DNA of 24,000 bases from Flavobacteriaceae bacterium (GTDB lineage: Bacteria; Bacteroidota; Bacteroidia; Flavobacteriales; Flavobacteriaceae). Positions 1 through 8,291 of this stretch are shown in pieces. The notes under the pieces are model-generated. The model did no database searches and was not told where the DNA came from. It was given only the letters and a program-made list of their open reading frames with translations. Within the stretch, counting starts at the first letter, position 1, and each line of letters starts with the position of its first letter. The position numbers and the translations under genes were made by a program. The stretch is taken from contig JANQRC010000015.1 in NCBI GenBank assembly GCA_028284745.1, positions 16,113 through 40,112 on the forward strand, written 5' to 3'.

Positions 1-459
1 ATGAAAGTATAGTGAGCCAGTTAAAAAGTGCTGCACACTATCGGTAACATAAAAGTTTGACTGGGATGCAGCATTCCCTGCTATGCTGTAGAACATCCCA
101 TAAACGCTGCTATCCACATTCACAAAAGGCTGATCAACAATACCTTCGGCGCGAATGGTATGGTCTATGGCAAGCTTCTGAGCATCTCGAAGTAGTGCGT
201 TGAGGTTGTTCTGCACAGGTTTGTATGATAGGTGTATGGTTGCTCGCATGGCCGGATAATCGAGATCCATCGCACAGTTTCCTTTGTCTTGAACTTTAGA
301 ATACACATTCCTATCAAACAGGTACGGGCAGTTTTCATCAAACGATCGATACTGTGGGCTTGGATAGTCTAGGCTCAAGAAGCCCTTAGGTTTAGGCAGT
401 GTATCTTCTTTACAGCCCAATAGGGTCATCGCTATGAGAAATACTACAAAATAACGCAT
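1..459 (-). CDS. gldD: Gliding motility lipoprotein GldD, N-terminal 153 codons (the 3' end lies beyond the window start)
   Basis: Absent from the ORF track because it runs off the window. The reverse-strand ATG is at 459-457. The translation MRYFVVFLIAMTLLGCKEDTLPKPKGFLSLDYP... has a lipoprotein signal peptide with an LLGC lipobox, and the frame stays open to position 1. It lies directly downstream of gldE, as in Flavobacterium johnsoniae. Its ATG overlaps the gldE TGA (ATGA). Confidence 0.8.
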   Translation of the reverse strand, partial: MRYFVVFLIAMTLLGCKEDTLPKPKGFLSLDYPSPQYRSFDENCPYLFDRNVYSKVQDKGNCAMDLDYPAMRATIHLSYKPVQNNLNALLRDAQKLAIDHTIRAEGIVDQPFVNVDSSVYGMFYSIAGNAASQSNFYVTDSVQHFLTGSLYFH

Positions 460-1766
460 CAATGAATGGTGACCTTTATCTGTTTTAAGCGCTTCTTATC
501 TAAAGCCTCTACTGTAAACGTATAGTTATGGAAATTTATTTTTGCCCCCTTGCGAGGAAAACTTTTGGAAGTCTCCAACACAAAGCCAGCAATGGTCTCA
601 GATTCGCCCTTGTGCTCTTCAAAAAGTGCACCGTCGTCTTCCAATCGCAACACTCGGTAAAAGTCTTTGAGTGTTGTCTTTCCTTCAAATACATAATTGT
701 GCTCGTCTAATTTTGAATAGATCAGGTCTTCGTCATCAAACTCATCACTGATATCGCCTACGATCTCTTCGATGATATCTTCGAGTGTAACGATCCCAGA
801 AGTGCCTCCGTATTCGTCTACCACAATGGCCAAGTGTATTTTCTTTTCTTGGAACTCTTTCAAAAGATCGTCCAATTTTTTGTTCTCTGGCACAAAATAG
901 GGCTCGCGTATCAGCGTTTTCCATTCAAAAACCGTCTTATCGATATGAGGCAGCAAGTCTTTTGCATACAATACTCCTACGATGGCATCTATGCTTTCTT
1001 CATACACGGGTATCCTAGAATACCCATTTTTTATCACCGCTGGAATTACTTCACCAAAAGACATGGTCTTGTCTAGCCCAAACACATCTATGCGAGGCCG
1101 CATCACTTGTTTGGTATCGGTGTTGCCGAAGGAAACAATGCCTTGAAGTATCTTTTGCTCTTCTCTGGTCGTGTCCTTTTCCGAGGCCAGTTCTAAAGCC
1201 TGCGAAAGCTGGTCTACAGAAATGTTGCTGTTGGCTCTGCCCAGTTTTTCTTCGATAAAGGACGAAAAACCGCTTAACTGGCTAGCCGGGAACCAGAACA
1301 ATCGATTTAACAACTGCAGTGGCCGTGCCATGAATGCTGAAAAACTTCGGTTGTTACGGCTGGCGTACACCTTGGGAAGTATTTCACCGAAGAGTAGTAT
1401 CAGAAAGGTTACGACGACGACTTCGGTGATGAATTTGGTGAGGGGATTCCAATCAGAGATCAATTCAGATGTGATCGATGCCGACAATAGCACAATGGCA
1501 ATATTGATAAAGTTGTTGCCTACCAAGATAGTAGCTAGTAACCGCTTGGGATTTTCAAGAAGCCTTGCAACGATGTTCCCTTTTCTCGAGTTGGATTCTT
1601 CTGCCTCAGCAATGTCGGTGCTAGAGAGGGAAAAGAAGGCAACTTCAGCGCCCGAGATCATGGCCGAGCAGCAAAGCAGTATGGCTAGTAAAACAAACTT
1701 GACAACAAGAACACTATCTATGCTGCTTGTCAAAAAGGATGTGAGACTGGCGGGTTCTGGGTCCAA
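459..1766 (-). CDS. gldE: Gliding motility-associated protein GldE (CNNM/DUF21 membrane domain, CBS pair and CorC/HlyC C-terminal domain)
   Basis: This is a 435-aa ORF. It has hydrophobic N-terminal helices, a CBS-pair region (RIPVYEESIDAIVGVLYAKDLL...) and a CorC_HlyC-type tail. Its position between ssb and gldD matches the known flavobacterial synteny. Confidence 0.85.
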   Translation of the reverse strand: MDPEPASLTSFLTSSIDSVLVVKFVLLAILLCCSAMISGAEVAFFSLSSTDIAEAEESNSRKGNIVARLLENPKRLLATILVGNNFINIAIVLLSASITSELISDWNPLTKFITEVVVVTFLILLFGEILPKVYASRNNRSFSAFMARPLQLLNRLFWFPASQLSGFSSFIEEKLGRANSNISVDQLSQALELASEKDTTREEQKILQGIVSFGNTDTKQVMRPRIDVFGLDKTMSFGEVIPAVIKNGYSRIPVYEESIDAIVGVLYAKDLLPHIDKTVFEWKTLIREPYFVPENKKLDDLLKEFQEKKIHLAIVVDEYGGTSGIVTLEDIIEEIVGDISDEFDDEDLIYSKLDEHNYVFEGKTTLKDFYRVLRLEDDGALFEEHKGESETIAGFVLETSKSFPRKGAKINFHNYTFTVEALDKKRLKQIKVTIH

Positions 1767-1788
1767 AGAAATCGAGTTTCGTTAAACT

Positions 1789-2259
1789 TTAGAAAGGAAG
1801 GTCATCATCTTCCTGCTCTGCCGCAAAGACATCTTCTTTCTTTGCCTCGGGTTGTGGCTTAGCTGCTGGTTGGTTGGCCTGTGCGGCCCCTGCCGGTTGG
1901 CCTGATAATTGTGCCGATTCTTTCTTTGTGCTAAGAAAGGTGAAATCTACAACTTGTATCTCAGTAGAATAGCGTGTATTCCCGCTATCGTCCTGCCACT
2001 GTCTATTCTTGATGCGACCTTCTACATAGATGCGGTCGCCTTTGCTCAGGTATTTTTCGCAGATCTCAGCAGCCTTGTTGCGCACCACAATGTTGTGCCA
2101 TTCCGTATTGGTCACCTTCTCGCCTGTGGTACGGTTTGTGTACGTTTCGTTGGTAGCAAGCGGAAATCTTCCTATACAGCCTCCTCCTTCAAAATAATGC
2201 ATCTTCACCTCATCCCCCAGATGCCCGATCAGCATCACCTTGTTCAATGTTCCACTCAT
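1789..2259 (-). CDS. ssb: Single-stranded DNA-binding protein
   Basis: The 156-aa protein has an OB-fold N-terminus (MSGTLNKVMLIGHLG...TEWHNIVV), a Gly/Pro/Gln/Ala-rich linker and the canonical acidic tail DDDLPF. Confidence 0.95.
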   Translation of the reverse strand: MSGTLNKVMLIGHLGDEVKMHYFEGGGCIGRFPLATNETYTNRTTGEKVTNTEWHNIVVRNKAAEICEKYLSKGDRIYVEGRIKNRQWQDDSGNTRYSTEIQVVDFTFLSTKKESAQLSGQPAGAAQANQPAAKPQPEAKKEDVFAAEQEDDDLPF

Positions 2260-2306
2260 GCTCTAAATAATTTAGGTTGTCAATCAAATGTACGAAAAAT
2301 GCCGTG

Positions 2307-3347
2307 CTATTTAAAATCGAAGGCCGCGACAAAATTAGCGATTAAAACAGGAACCGCGAAGTCTTGAACCTTGTGGGTCGCAATGCCCTTTTCAGGCAAT
2401 GCCTTTACCTTTACTATCCAGAATTGCGTATACAAGTGTTGATGCGAAAGTTTATGCACGATAGGTGTCTCATTGTATAGTGAGACCGATGTGCACCCCG
2501 AGAGCATCTCGTGCTGCAGGACCTCATCTTCGGCAGCCAATGCACGGGTCTCTATCAATGGAAACTCGTACAATTTGTGCCATATTCCTTTTTGAGTGCG
2601 TTGTCGAAGAAGTGTCTTCCCATCTTCAGAAACAAACACAATGTAGTTGAAGTAACGCTGCCCCACTTTCTGCTTTTTCAACTTCACAGGAAGCATTGCC
2701 ACCTTGTTCTGTTGAAGTGCCAAACAGCCATCGTTCATTGGACAATGCAAACAATAAGGATTCTGGGGTTTGCATTGCGTGGCACCAAATTCCATGGCTG
2801 CCTGATTAAAGTTGGCAGGTTGCTGCTTGTCAATCAAAATCTCAGCCAGCCTCTTGAATTCTTTGATGCCTTTGGAAGAATTGATGGGGGTCTCAATGCC
2901 AAAAAACCTAGACAAGACTCGATATACATTACCATCGACCACCGGAGTGGGCTCGCCAAAGCAAATGGAAGCGATGGCGCTGGCGGTGTAATCACCAACA
3001 CCTTTCAACTTCTTCAGGTCGCTGTAATTGTCGGGGAAATTTCCGTTTAGCTCGTAGGCAACATATCGGGCCGTATGATGTAGGTTGCGAGCCCTCGAGT
3101 AGTAACCGAGTCCTTGCCATAGCTTCAAGATCTGTTCTTCACTGGCATCGGCCAGGTCTCTAACATCAGGGAATGCCTCGATGAAGCGTAGATAGTAGGG
3201 CAACCCTTGCGCCACTCGTGTCTGTTGCAGCATGATCTCGGACAACCAGATCTTGTATGGGTCCTTCGTCATACGCCATGGCAACTCGCGTTTGTTATCT
3301 AAATACCACGCTATCAACTTCTTAGAGAACTCCTGGTTTTCTTTCAT
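2307..3347 (-). CDS. mutY: A/G-specific adenine DNA glycosylase MutY
   Basis: It has the HhH-GPD glycosylase core (LPWR, WLSEIMLQQTRV, GVGDYTA), a 4Fe-4S cysteine cluster (C-x6-C-x2-C-x5-C: CKPQNPYCLHCPMNDGC) and a NUDIX-like C-terminal domain. I place the start at the ATG giving MKENQEFSKKLIAWY. The ORF-track extension to 3413 begins at a TTG and adds a non-conserved-looking peptide. Confidence 0.9.
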   Translation of the reverse strand: MKENQEFSKKLIAWYLDNKRELPWRMTKDPYKIWLSEIMLQQTRVAQGLPYYLRFIEAFPDVRDLADASEEQILKLWQGLGYYSRARNLHHTARYVAYELNGNFPDNYSDLKKLKGVGDYTASAIASICFGEPTPVVDGNVYRVLSRFFGIETPINSSKGIKEFKRLAEILIDKQQPANFNQAAMEFGATQCKPQNPYCLHCPMNDGCLALQQNKVAMLPVKLKKQKVGQRYFNYIVFVSEDGKTLLRQRTQKGIWHKLYEFPLIETRALAAEDEVLQHEMLSGCTSVSLYNETPIVHKLSHQHLYTQFWIVKVKALPEKGIATHKVQDFAVPVLIANFVAAFDFK

Positions 3348-3422
3348 AGAAACACAAAAATAAGCATCCGATATAATAGATTTTAAAAGTTTAGCGTTCA
3401 GTACTTTAATCAATTTATTTTT

Positions 3423-3430
3423 TATATTTG
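3423..3430 (+). promoter_or_regulatory. Bacteroidota sigma-A -7 box (TATATTTG, consensus TAnnTTTG) upstream of the HU gene
   Basis: There is an exact match to TAnnTTTG in the mutY/HU divergent intergenic region, 47 nt upstream of the HU ATG. Confidence 0.45.
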
Positions 3431-3476
3431 CACGCCCACAAAGAAATTGGAAATTAAATCCTAAACCTAATATATA

Positions 3477-3767
3477 ATGACTAAAGCAGATATCGTAGCT
3501 CGAATTTCAGAGAAGAGCGGCATGGAAAAAGGCGATGTACAAGCCGTAGTAGAATCTTTCATGGATGAGGTAAAATCGTCTCTCGAAAGCGGAGACAACG
3601 TATACCTGAGAGGATTCGGGAGTTTTATCATCAAGACCCGAGCAGAGAAAACAGGTAGAAACATCTCTAAGAACACTACTATCAAGATTCCAGCTCACAA
3701 CATTCCTGCATTCAAGCCTGCAAAAGTCTTTGTAGAAAGTGTAAAGACTAACGTTCAAGTAAAATAA
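3477..3767 (+). CDS. hup: HU family DNA-binding protein
   Basis: The 96-aa protein MTKADIVARISEKSGMEKGDVQAVVESFMDEV...GFGSFIIKTRAEKTGRN...IPAHNIPAFKPAK is a typical HU/IHF fold sequence. Confidence 0.9.
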   Translation: MTKADIVARISEKSGMEKGDVQAVVESFMDEVKSSLESGDNVYLRGFGSFIIKTRAEKTGRNISKNTTIKIPAHNIPAFKPAKVFVESVKTNVQVK

Positions 3768-3777
3768 ATTATCCAAT

Positions 3778-3870
3778 ATGCCGAGCGGTAAAAAAAGAAA
3801 GAGACACAAGGTAGCCACGCACAAGCGTAAAAAAAGAAGAAGAGCTAACCGACACAAGAAGAAGAAGTAG
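3778..3870 (+). CDS. 30-aa ultra-basic peptide (MPSGKKRKRHKVATHKRKKRRRANRHKKKK), possibly a bS22/mS38-like small ribosomal protein
   Basis: It is below the ORF-track size cutoff. An ATG lies 11 nt after the HU stop, and 21 of 30 residues are K/R/H. The ORF is followed immediately by a hairpin and T-run terminator. Its pattern (KR-x5-H-x-K...RR) resembles mycobacterial bS22, [33 protein letters not shown], which I am quoting from memory. Confidence 0.55.
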   Translation: MPSGKKRKRHKVATHKRKKRRRANRHKKKK

Positions 3871-3893
3871 CCTATTCGCTACTTTTTCTTTTT
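3859..3893 (+). terminator. Rho-independent terminator after the HU and small-peptide unit
   Basis: The stem is AAGTAGC (3865-3871) paired with GCTACTT (3878-3884), with a CTATTC loop. It can be extended by pairing the A-rich lysine codons with the following T-run TTTTCTTTTT. Confidence 0.6.
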
Positions 3894-4048
3894 AAAGACA
3901 TTGAAATCGTTCTTTGAAAAGAGAGAAACAAGATCTGCGGTCTTTAAGATGCACATGTTTCTCCAACGGTTGAAAAACTTGTTCAACTATTGTTTAATCC
4001 ATCTCGTTCCAATACATTGTTTGGGATCGGGATACAAATTGAAACGGA

Positions 4049-5599
4049 GTGAATACTGAACTCATTATCAGATCCAGTTCCTCTCAAGTAGATTTTGCCT
4101 TGTTAAAGGATGGAAAATTGATCGAACTGCACAAGGAGCATGAAGATAACAAGTTTACGGTAGGCGATATCTTTTTGGCCAAGATCCGTAAGCCCGTTCC
4201 CGGTCTCAATGCAGCTTTTGTGAATGTGGGTTATGAGAAAGATGCTTTTTTGCACTATCATGACCTGGGCCCAAAGCTGACCTCCCTGTTAAAGTTCATC
4301 AAGCGTGTAAGCGCAGGTAAGTTCAAAGATTACTCTTTGAAGAATTTCCCTTTTGAACCAGAAATAGACAAAGATGGCCGCATTACAGAAGTATTGCACG
4401 CCAATCAGTCTACACTTGTACAGATCGTCAAAGAACCTATCTCTACCAAAGGACCCCGAATCAGCTCGGAGCTCTCTATTGCAGGTAGATACATGGTACT
4501 AGTACCTTTTTCAGACAGAATTTCGGTCTCTCAGAAAATCGCTAGTCGCGAAGAAAAAGACCGACTTAAACGTTTGGTACAAAGCATTAGACCCAAAGGG
4601 TTTGGCGTGATCGTACGTACAGTTGCACAAGGCAAAAAAGTTGCAGAACTGGACAAAGACTTGCAAAATCTGGTATCCCGATGGATATCGATGTGCAAAA
4701 AAATTCCGAGAGCACAGCATCCGTCTAAAGTTCTAAGTGAAATGGGAAGAGCCTCATCTATGGTAAGAGACCTCTTCAACGACCAATTCACAGGGATCCA
4801 TGTAGATGATGAAGCATTGGCTCTAGAGATCAAGGACTATGTACAAGCCATAGCTCCCAAAAAAGAATCTATTGTAACGCATTACAAGTCCAAAGTTCCC
4901 ATCTTTGAAAGGTATGGCATAGAGCGACAGATAAAGACCTCTTTTGGCCGCACCGTAAGCATGAGCAAAGGCGCCTATCTCGTGATAGAGCATACCGAAG
5001 CACTGCATGTCGTTGATGTGAACAGCGGCAACCGATCCAATAAAGCCAAAAATCAAGAGGACACAGCACTGGAAGTAAATTTGATCGCCGCCTCCGAAAT
5101 CGCAAGGCAACTGCGCCTTCGTGATATGGGTGGCATCATCGTGATCGACTTTATAGACATGACCAATGCTGAGAATCGCAGAAAGCTTTTTGACCATCTC
5201 CGCGAGGAAATGAAATCGGATCGTGCTAAGCACAAGATCTTACCGCCTAGTAAGTTTGGGTTGGTGCAGATCACCAGACAACGGGTAAGACCCGAAATGA
5301 ATATACAAACCAGGGAAGAAGACCCTAACAAAGACGGAAAGGTAGAACCACCGATCATTCTAATAGACAAGATCCAAAATGACCTGGAAAAACTATTGAG
5401 CAATGGTTCCGCCAACAAGAAGCTGATGCTAAGCGTGCATCCATTTGTTGGCGCCTACCTGACCAAAGGATTGCATTCCATCCGCTCCAAATGGTTCATG
5501 GAGCATAAAAAATGGGTAAAGATATTGCCCAGAGACGCTTACACCTATCTTGAGTACCATTTCCACGACGGGGAAGGAAATGTGCTCAAAAGTAATTGA
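4049..5599 (+). CDS. rng: Rne/Rng family ribonuclease (RNase G)
   Basis: The 516-aa ORF has a GTG start. It has an S1-like N-terminus and the RNase E/G catalytic core (VVDVNSGN, DMGGIIVIDFIDM, FGLVQITRQR). Confidence 0.9.
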   Translation: MNTELIIRSSSSQVDFALLKDGKLIELHKEHEDNKFTVGDIFLAKIRKPVPGLNAAFVNVGYEKDAFLHYHDLGPKLTSLLKFIKRVSAGKFKDYSLKNFPFEPEIDKDGRITEVLHANQSTLVQIVKEPISTKGPRISSELSIAGRYMVLVPFSDRISVSQKIASREEKDRLKRLVQSIRPKGFGVIVRTVAQGKKVAELDKDLQNLVSRWISMCKKIPRAQHPSKVLSEMGRASSMVRDLFNDQFTGIHVDDEALALEIKDYVQAIAPKKESIVTHYKSKVPIFERYGIERQIKTSFGRTVSMSKGAYLVIEHTEALHVVDVNSGNRSNKAKNQEDTALEVNLIAASEIARQLRLRDMGGIIVIDFIDMTNAENRRKLFDHLREEMKSDRAKHKILPPSKFGLVQITRQRVRPEMNIQTREEDPNKDGKVEPPIILIDKIQNDLEKLLSNGSANKKLMLSVHPFVGAYLTKGLHSIRSKWFMEHKKWVKILPRDAYTYLEYHFHDGEGNVLKSN

Positions 5600-5610
5600 T
5601 AAAGTAAAAG

Positions 5611-5656
5611 CCCACATCAAGTTCCGATAGCTATCGGAATGATGTGGGTTTTTTTA
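5611..5656 (+). terminator. Rho-independent terminator downstream of rng
   Basis: CCCACATCA (5611-5619) pairs with TGATGTGGG (5640-5648). The loop holds an inner perfect palindrome, TTCCGATAGCTATCGGAA, and a T7 run follows. Confidence 0.8.
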
Positions 5657-5683
5657 TGCCCAAAAGTCTACTATATTTACCCA

Positions 5684-6157
5684 ATGCATGCTCGCAAAAC
5701 ATATTCAGTCACAGAAGCCACAAGAAAATTGGAGCAATACTGTGCCTACCAAGACCGTTGCCACAAAGAGGTCGTTGGCAAACTGCAAGCGATGCACATG
5801 ATCCCGCAAGCCATAGACCATATCGTAGCACATCTTATCGAGCATGGTCTCTTGAATGAAGAGCGCTTCGCGCGAAGTTTCGCCAGAGGAAAGTTCAACA
5901 TCAAAAGTTGGGGTAGGAATCGAATTGTTAGAGAGCTGAAACAAAGGAACATTTCCGCTTTCAATATAAAAGCTGCCCTCAAGGAGATTGATGACCAGAC
6001 CTATCATGAAAAGCTAGACCAACTAGCTCGTAAAAAGCTTTCCACGACCAAGGAATCCAACGCATTCAAGAAACGGAAAAAATTGGCGGACTATCTGTTA
6101 TATCGCGGTTGGGAGCCTAACTTGGTCTATGATAAGGTGAAAGAACTAATCCCCTAA
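5684..6157 (+). CDS. recX: Regulatory protein RecX
   Basis: The sequence MHARKTYSVTEATRKLEQYCAYQDRCHKEV... is the typical RecX N-terminus, followed by a three-helix repeat architecture. The start is moved to the ATG at 5684 because the ORF-track start at 5639 lies inside the rng terminator hairpin. Confidence 0.8.
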   Translation: MHARKTYSVTEATRKLEQYCAYQDRCHKEVVGKLQAMHMIPQAIDHIVAHLIEHGLLNEERFARSFARGKFNIKSWGRNRIVRELKQRNISAFNIKAALKEIDDQTYHEKLDQLARKKLSTTKESNAFKKRKKLADYLLYRGWEPNLVYDKVKELIP

Positions 6158-6231
6158 CTCATATAAATCTCAAAGCAACCATTGAAGGATTCGACTGCAC
6201 TCGAAATGACAGTTGAACAGCTTATGATTAA

Positions 6232-7110
6232 TTAGCTTTCCACTTTTGCGGTCATATTCCTGTGGGTCCGGAAAATGGCCTGCTCGTTCTTCCAGTCGAT
6301 CCATTGCTGGCCTTTCACCTTTCGCATTAAATTATCATAATGGCGCATCACGAATACGTTGTACACAGCTTTGCCCAAATTCTTCGGATTTCGTGCGATA
6401 GCACGCAAGCTCATCGAGAATCCAGGTGTGAGATAGCGCATGTAGTGCCAGTAGCCTTCGGGCATGTATAGCACATTGCCATGTTCTAGATCGGCGACAT
6501 AGCCTCGGGCATGTTGAAGCGCTGGCCATTTCTCTAGGTCCGGGTCTGCAAAGTCGATGTCCTCTCGCGTGATCAAAGAATGGGGAACTTTATACAAATG
6601 CTTACTCTGCTCTTGATCGAAGAGGATACACTGCTTTTTTCCTTCAAAATGAAAGTGGAAAATGTTAGCCAGGTCTATATCATAGTGCATGAACGTGTAC
6701 GAATCTGCACCACCAAAAAAGAGCATCGGCAGTCCCTTCATCAATCGCAGGCCAAAATCGGGGTACGAGAAGTCTTTCTGAAGCCCTGGTACTTCCTTCA
6801 ATATATTCCAAAGGAAAATACGATACTTGGTAGGCTCACGCTTCAACAGGTCTATGTACTCGTCCATCTTCATCTTGGCATGCGGCTCGTTGAAGCCTTC
6901 ATCATGCTTAACCGGCCTGTCGTCATATAACGGCACCTCTTTATCGCCTGCCACTTCTTTCATGTACGCCAAACTCCACTTCGAGTATGCAGGCCAATCA
7001 TCAACAAAGTGCTCTATTACCACGGGTTTTTGTGGTTTGAAATAATCTCGGATAAATTCCTGCTTGGTCAAAGTATTGACCCTGGGAATCTCTTTCAAGT
7101 TCAATTTCAA
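6232..7110 (-). CDS. Cupin-like (JmjC/Cupin_8) domain protein, a putative Fe(II)/2-oxoglutarate oxygenase
   Basis: The 292-aa protein has a candidate HxD...H facial triad (FMHYDID ... EGYWHYMRY) in a double-stranded beta-helix context. Only TTG starts are available at the 5' end. Confidence 0.6.
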   Translation of the reverse strand: MKLNLKEIPRVNTLTKQEFIRDYFKPQKPVVIEHFVDDWPAYSKWSLAYMKEVAGDKEVPLYDDRPVKHDEGFNEPHAKMKMDEYIDLLKREPTKYRIFLWNILKEVPGLQKDFSYPDFGLRLMKGLPMLFFGGADSYTFMHYDIDLANIFHFHFEGKKQCILFDQEQSKHLYKVPHSLITREDIDFADPDLEKWPALQHARGYVADLEHGNVLYMPEGYWHYMRYLTPGFSMSLRAIARNPKNLGKAVYNVFVMRHYDNLMRKVKGQQWIDWKNEQAIFRTHRNMTAKVES

Positions 7111-7131
7111 GTATCAACTAATTTAGCCGCG

Positions 7132-7139
7132 CAAAGTTA
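7132..7139 (-). promoter_or_regulatory. -7 box (TAACTTTG on the minus strand) for the cupin gene
   Basis: The plus strand reads CAAAGTTA, which is TAnnTTTG on the coding strand, 22 nt upstream of the TTG start at 7110. Confidence 0.35.
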
Positions 7140-7176
7140 ATAAATGGTTTCCTAAACGTTTCTTAAAGCAAAACGT

Positions 7177-8271
7177 CTATTTTACCATTTTAGCCTTTTG
7201 TTTGGCCAATTCGTTACGTTCGATAGTGTGATCGGGTCTTGACCAGCGTGGTTTTTCGCCTAGCTCTTGGTATCGAGAATCGGCAGCTTCGACTGTCTTA
7301 GGTTGGTCTTTCTTGGTGAAGGGCTTCATAGGATTCAGGCCTAGCATCTTGAACATTTCCATATCCTCATTCACGTCAGGATTGGGCGTGGTCAATAACT
7401 TGTCTCCTGCAAAGATCGAGTTGGCACCTGCGAAGAAACACATAGCTTGCCCCTCGCGGCTCATCTGAGTTCTACCAGCAGAAAGGCGCACTTGAGTTTG
7501 CGGCATGACAATACGCGTTGTAGCCACCATGCGAATCATGTCCCAGATCTCCACAGGCTGCTCATCTTCCATCGGAGTGCCTTCTACGGCAACCAATGCG
7601 TTGATCGGCACAGATTCGGGTTGCGGGTCCAAGGTTGAAAGTGCCACCAACATTCCGGCGCGGTCTTCAGCGGCTTCTCCCATGCCTATGATGCCGCCAC
7701 TACATACGGTTACATTGGTCTTTCGCACATTATCAATGGTTTGTAAGCGATCTTCGAACCCACGTGTTGAAATGACTTCTTTATAATATTCTTCGGAAGT
7801 GTCTAAGTTGTGATTGTAGGCGTACAAACCCGCCTCAGCAAGACGCTTGGCTTGATTTTCGGTAACCATGCCCAATGTACAGCACACCTCCATGTCTAAT
7901 TTGTTGATGGCGCGCACCATCTCCAGCACTTGGTCAAACTCAGGGCCATCTTTCACATTTCGCCAGGCAGCACCCATACAAACCCGACTACTTCCTGAGG
8001 CTTTCGCACGAAGCGCCTGTGCCTTCACTTGCTGGACAGACATGAGGTCGTTGCCTTCGATATCGGTATGATAGCGTGCCGCTTGAGGGCAATACCCACA
8101 ATCTTCAGGACAGCCTCCTGTCTTGATCGAAAGCAATGTGGAGACTTGTACTGTGTTGGGATCGTGGTACCACCGATGGATAGTAGCTGCTTCGTAGAGC
8201 AGTTCCATCATAGGCTTATTGTATATCTCAAGGATCTCTTCTTTGGTCCAGTTGTGTCGGATGTTGGTCAT
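7177..8271 (-). CDS. bioB: Biotin synthase
   Basis: It has the radical-SAM motif CPEDCGYCPQ and BioB-specific 2Fe-2S ligand regions (CCTLG, VCSGGIIGMGE, RLSAGR). Confidence 0.95.
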   Translation of the reverse strand: MTNIRHNWTKEEILEIYNKPMMELLYEAATIHRWYHDPNTVQVSTLLSIKTGGCPEDCGYCPQAARYHTDIEGNDLMSVQQVKAQALRAKASGSSRVCMGAAWRNVKDGPEFDQVLEMVRAINKLDMEVCCTLGMVTENQAKRLAEAGLYAYNHNLDTSEEYYKEVISTRGFEDRLQTIDNVRKTNVTVCSGGIIGMGEAAEDRAGMLVALSTLDPQPESVPINALVAVEGTPMEDEQPVEIWDMIRMVATTRIVMPQTQVRLSAGRTQMSREGQAMCFFAGANSIFAGDKLLTTPNPDVNEDMEMFKMLGLNPMKPFTKKDQPKTVEAADSRYQELGEKPRWSRPDHTIERNELAKQKAKMVK

Positions 8272-8291
8272 TCGGGTATCGTTTGTTTATC

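Noticed and set aside
1171-1785. 204-aa plus-strand ORF in the six-frame track
   Set aside because: It lies entirely antisense to gldE, which has a clear domain architecture. Its translation is low-complexity and Ser/Leu-rich with no recognisable motif. It is a typical shadow ORF.
2511-3050. 179-aa plus-strand ORF, along with 1909-2367 (+) and 2465-2650 (+)
   Set aside because: These are antisense to mutY and ssb. They are shadow ORFs with no independent support.
3348-3413. 22-codon TTG-initiated extension of mutY
   Set aside because: It starts at a TTG and runs through the A/T-rich divergent promoter region. The alignment I remember of MutY N-termini begins near the downstream ATG (MKENQEF...LPWR).
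3467-3857. 72-aa and 116-aa minus-strand ORFs overlapping the HU gene and the small basic peptide
   Set aside because: They are antisense to a well-supported HU gene and to the A-rich lysine codons, which read as Phe/Leu-rich on the opposite strand. I see no promoter or conserved features.
4511-5620. Series of minus-strand ORFs of 63-136 aa inside rng
   Set aside because: All are antisense to the RNase G coding frame, which has the catalytic motifs.
5639-5683. 15-codon N-terminal extension of recX (MMWVFLCPKVYYIYP)
   Set aside because: It starts inside the rng terminator stem and T-run. The RecX-like sequence begins at the ATG at 5684.
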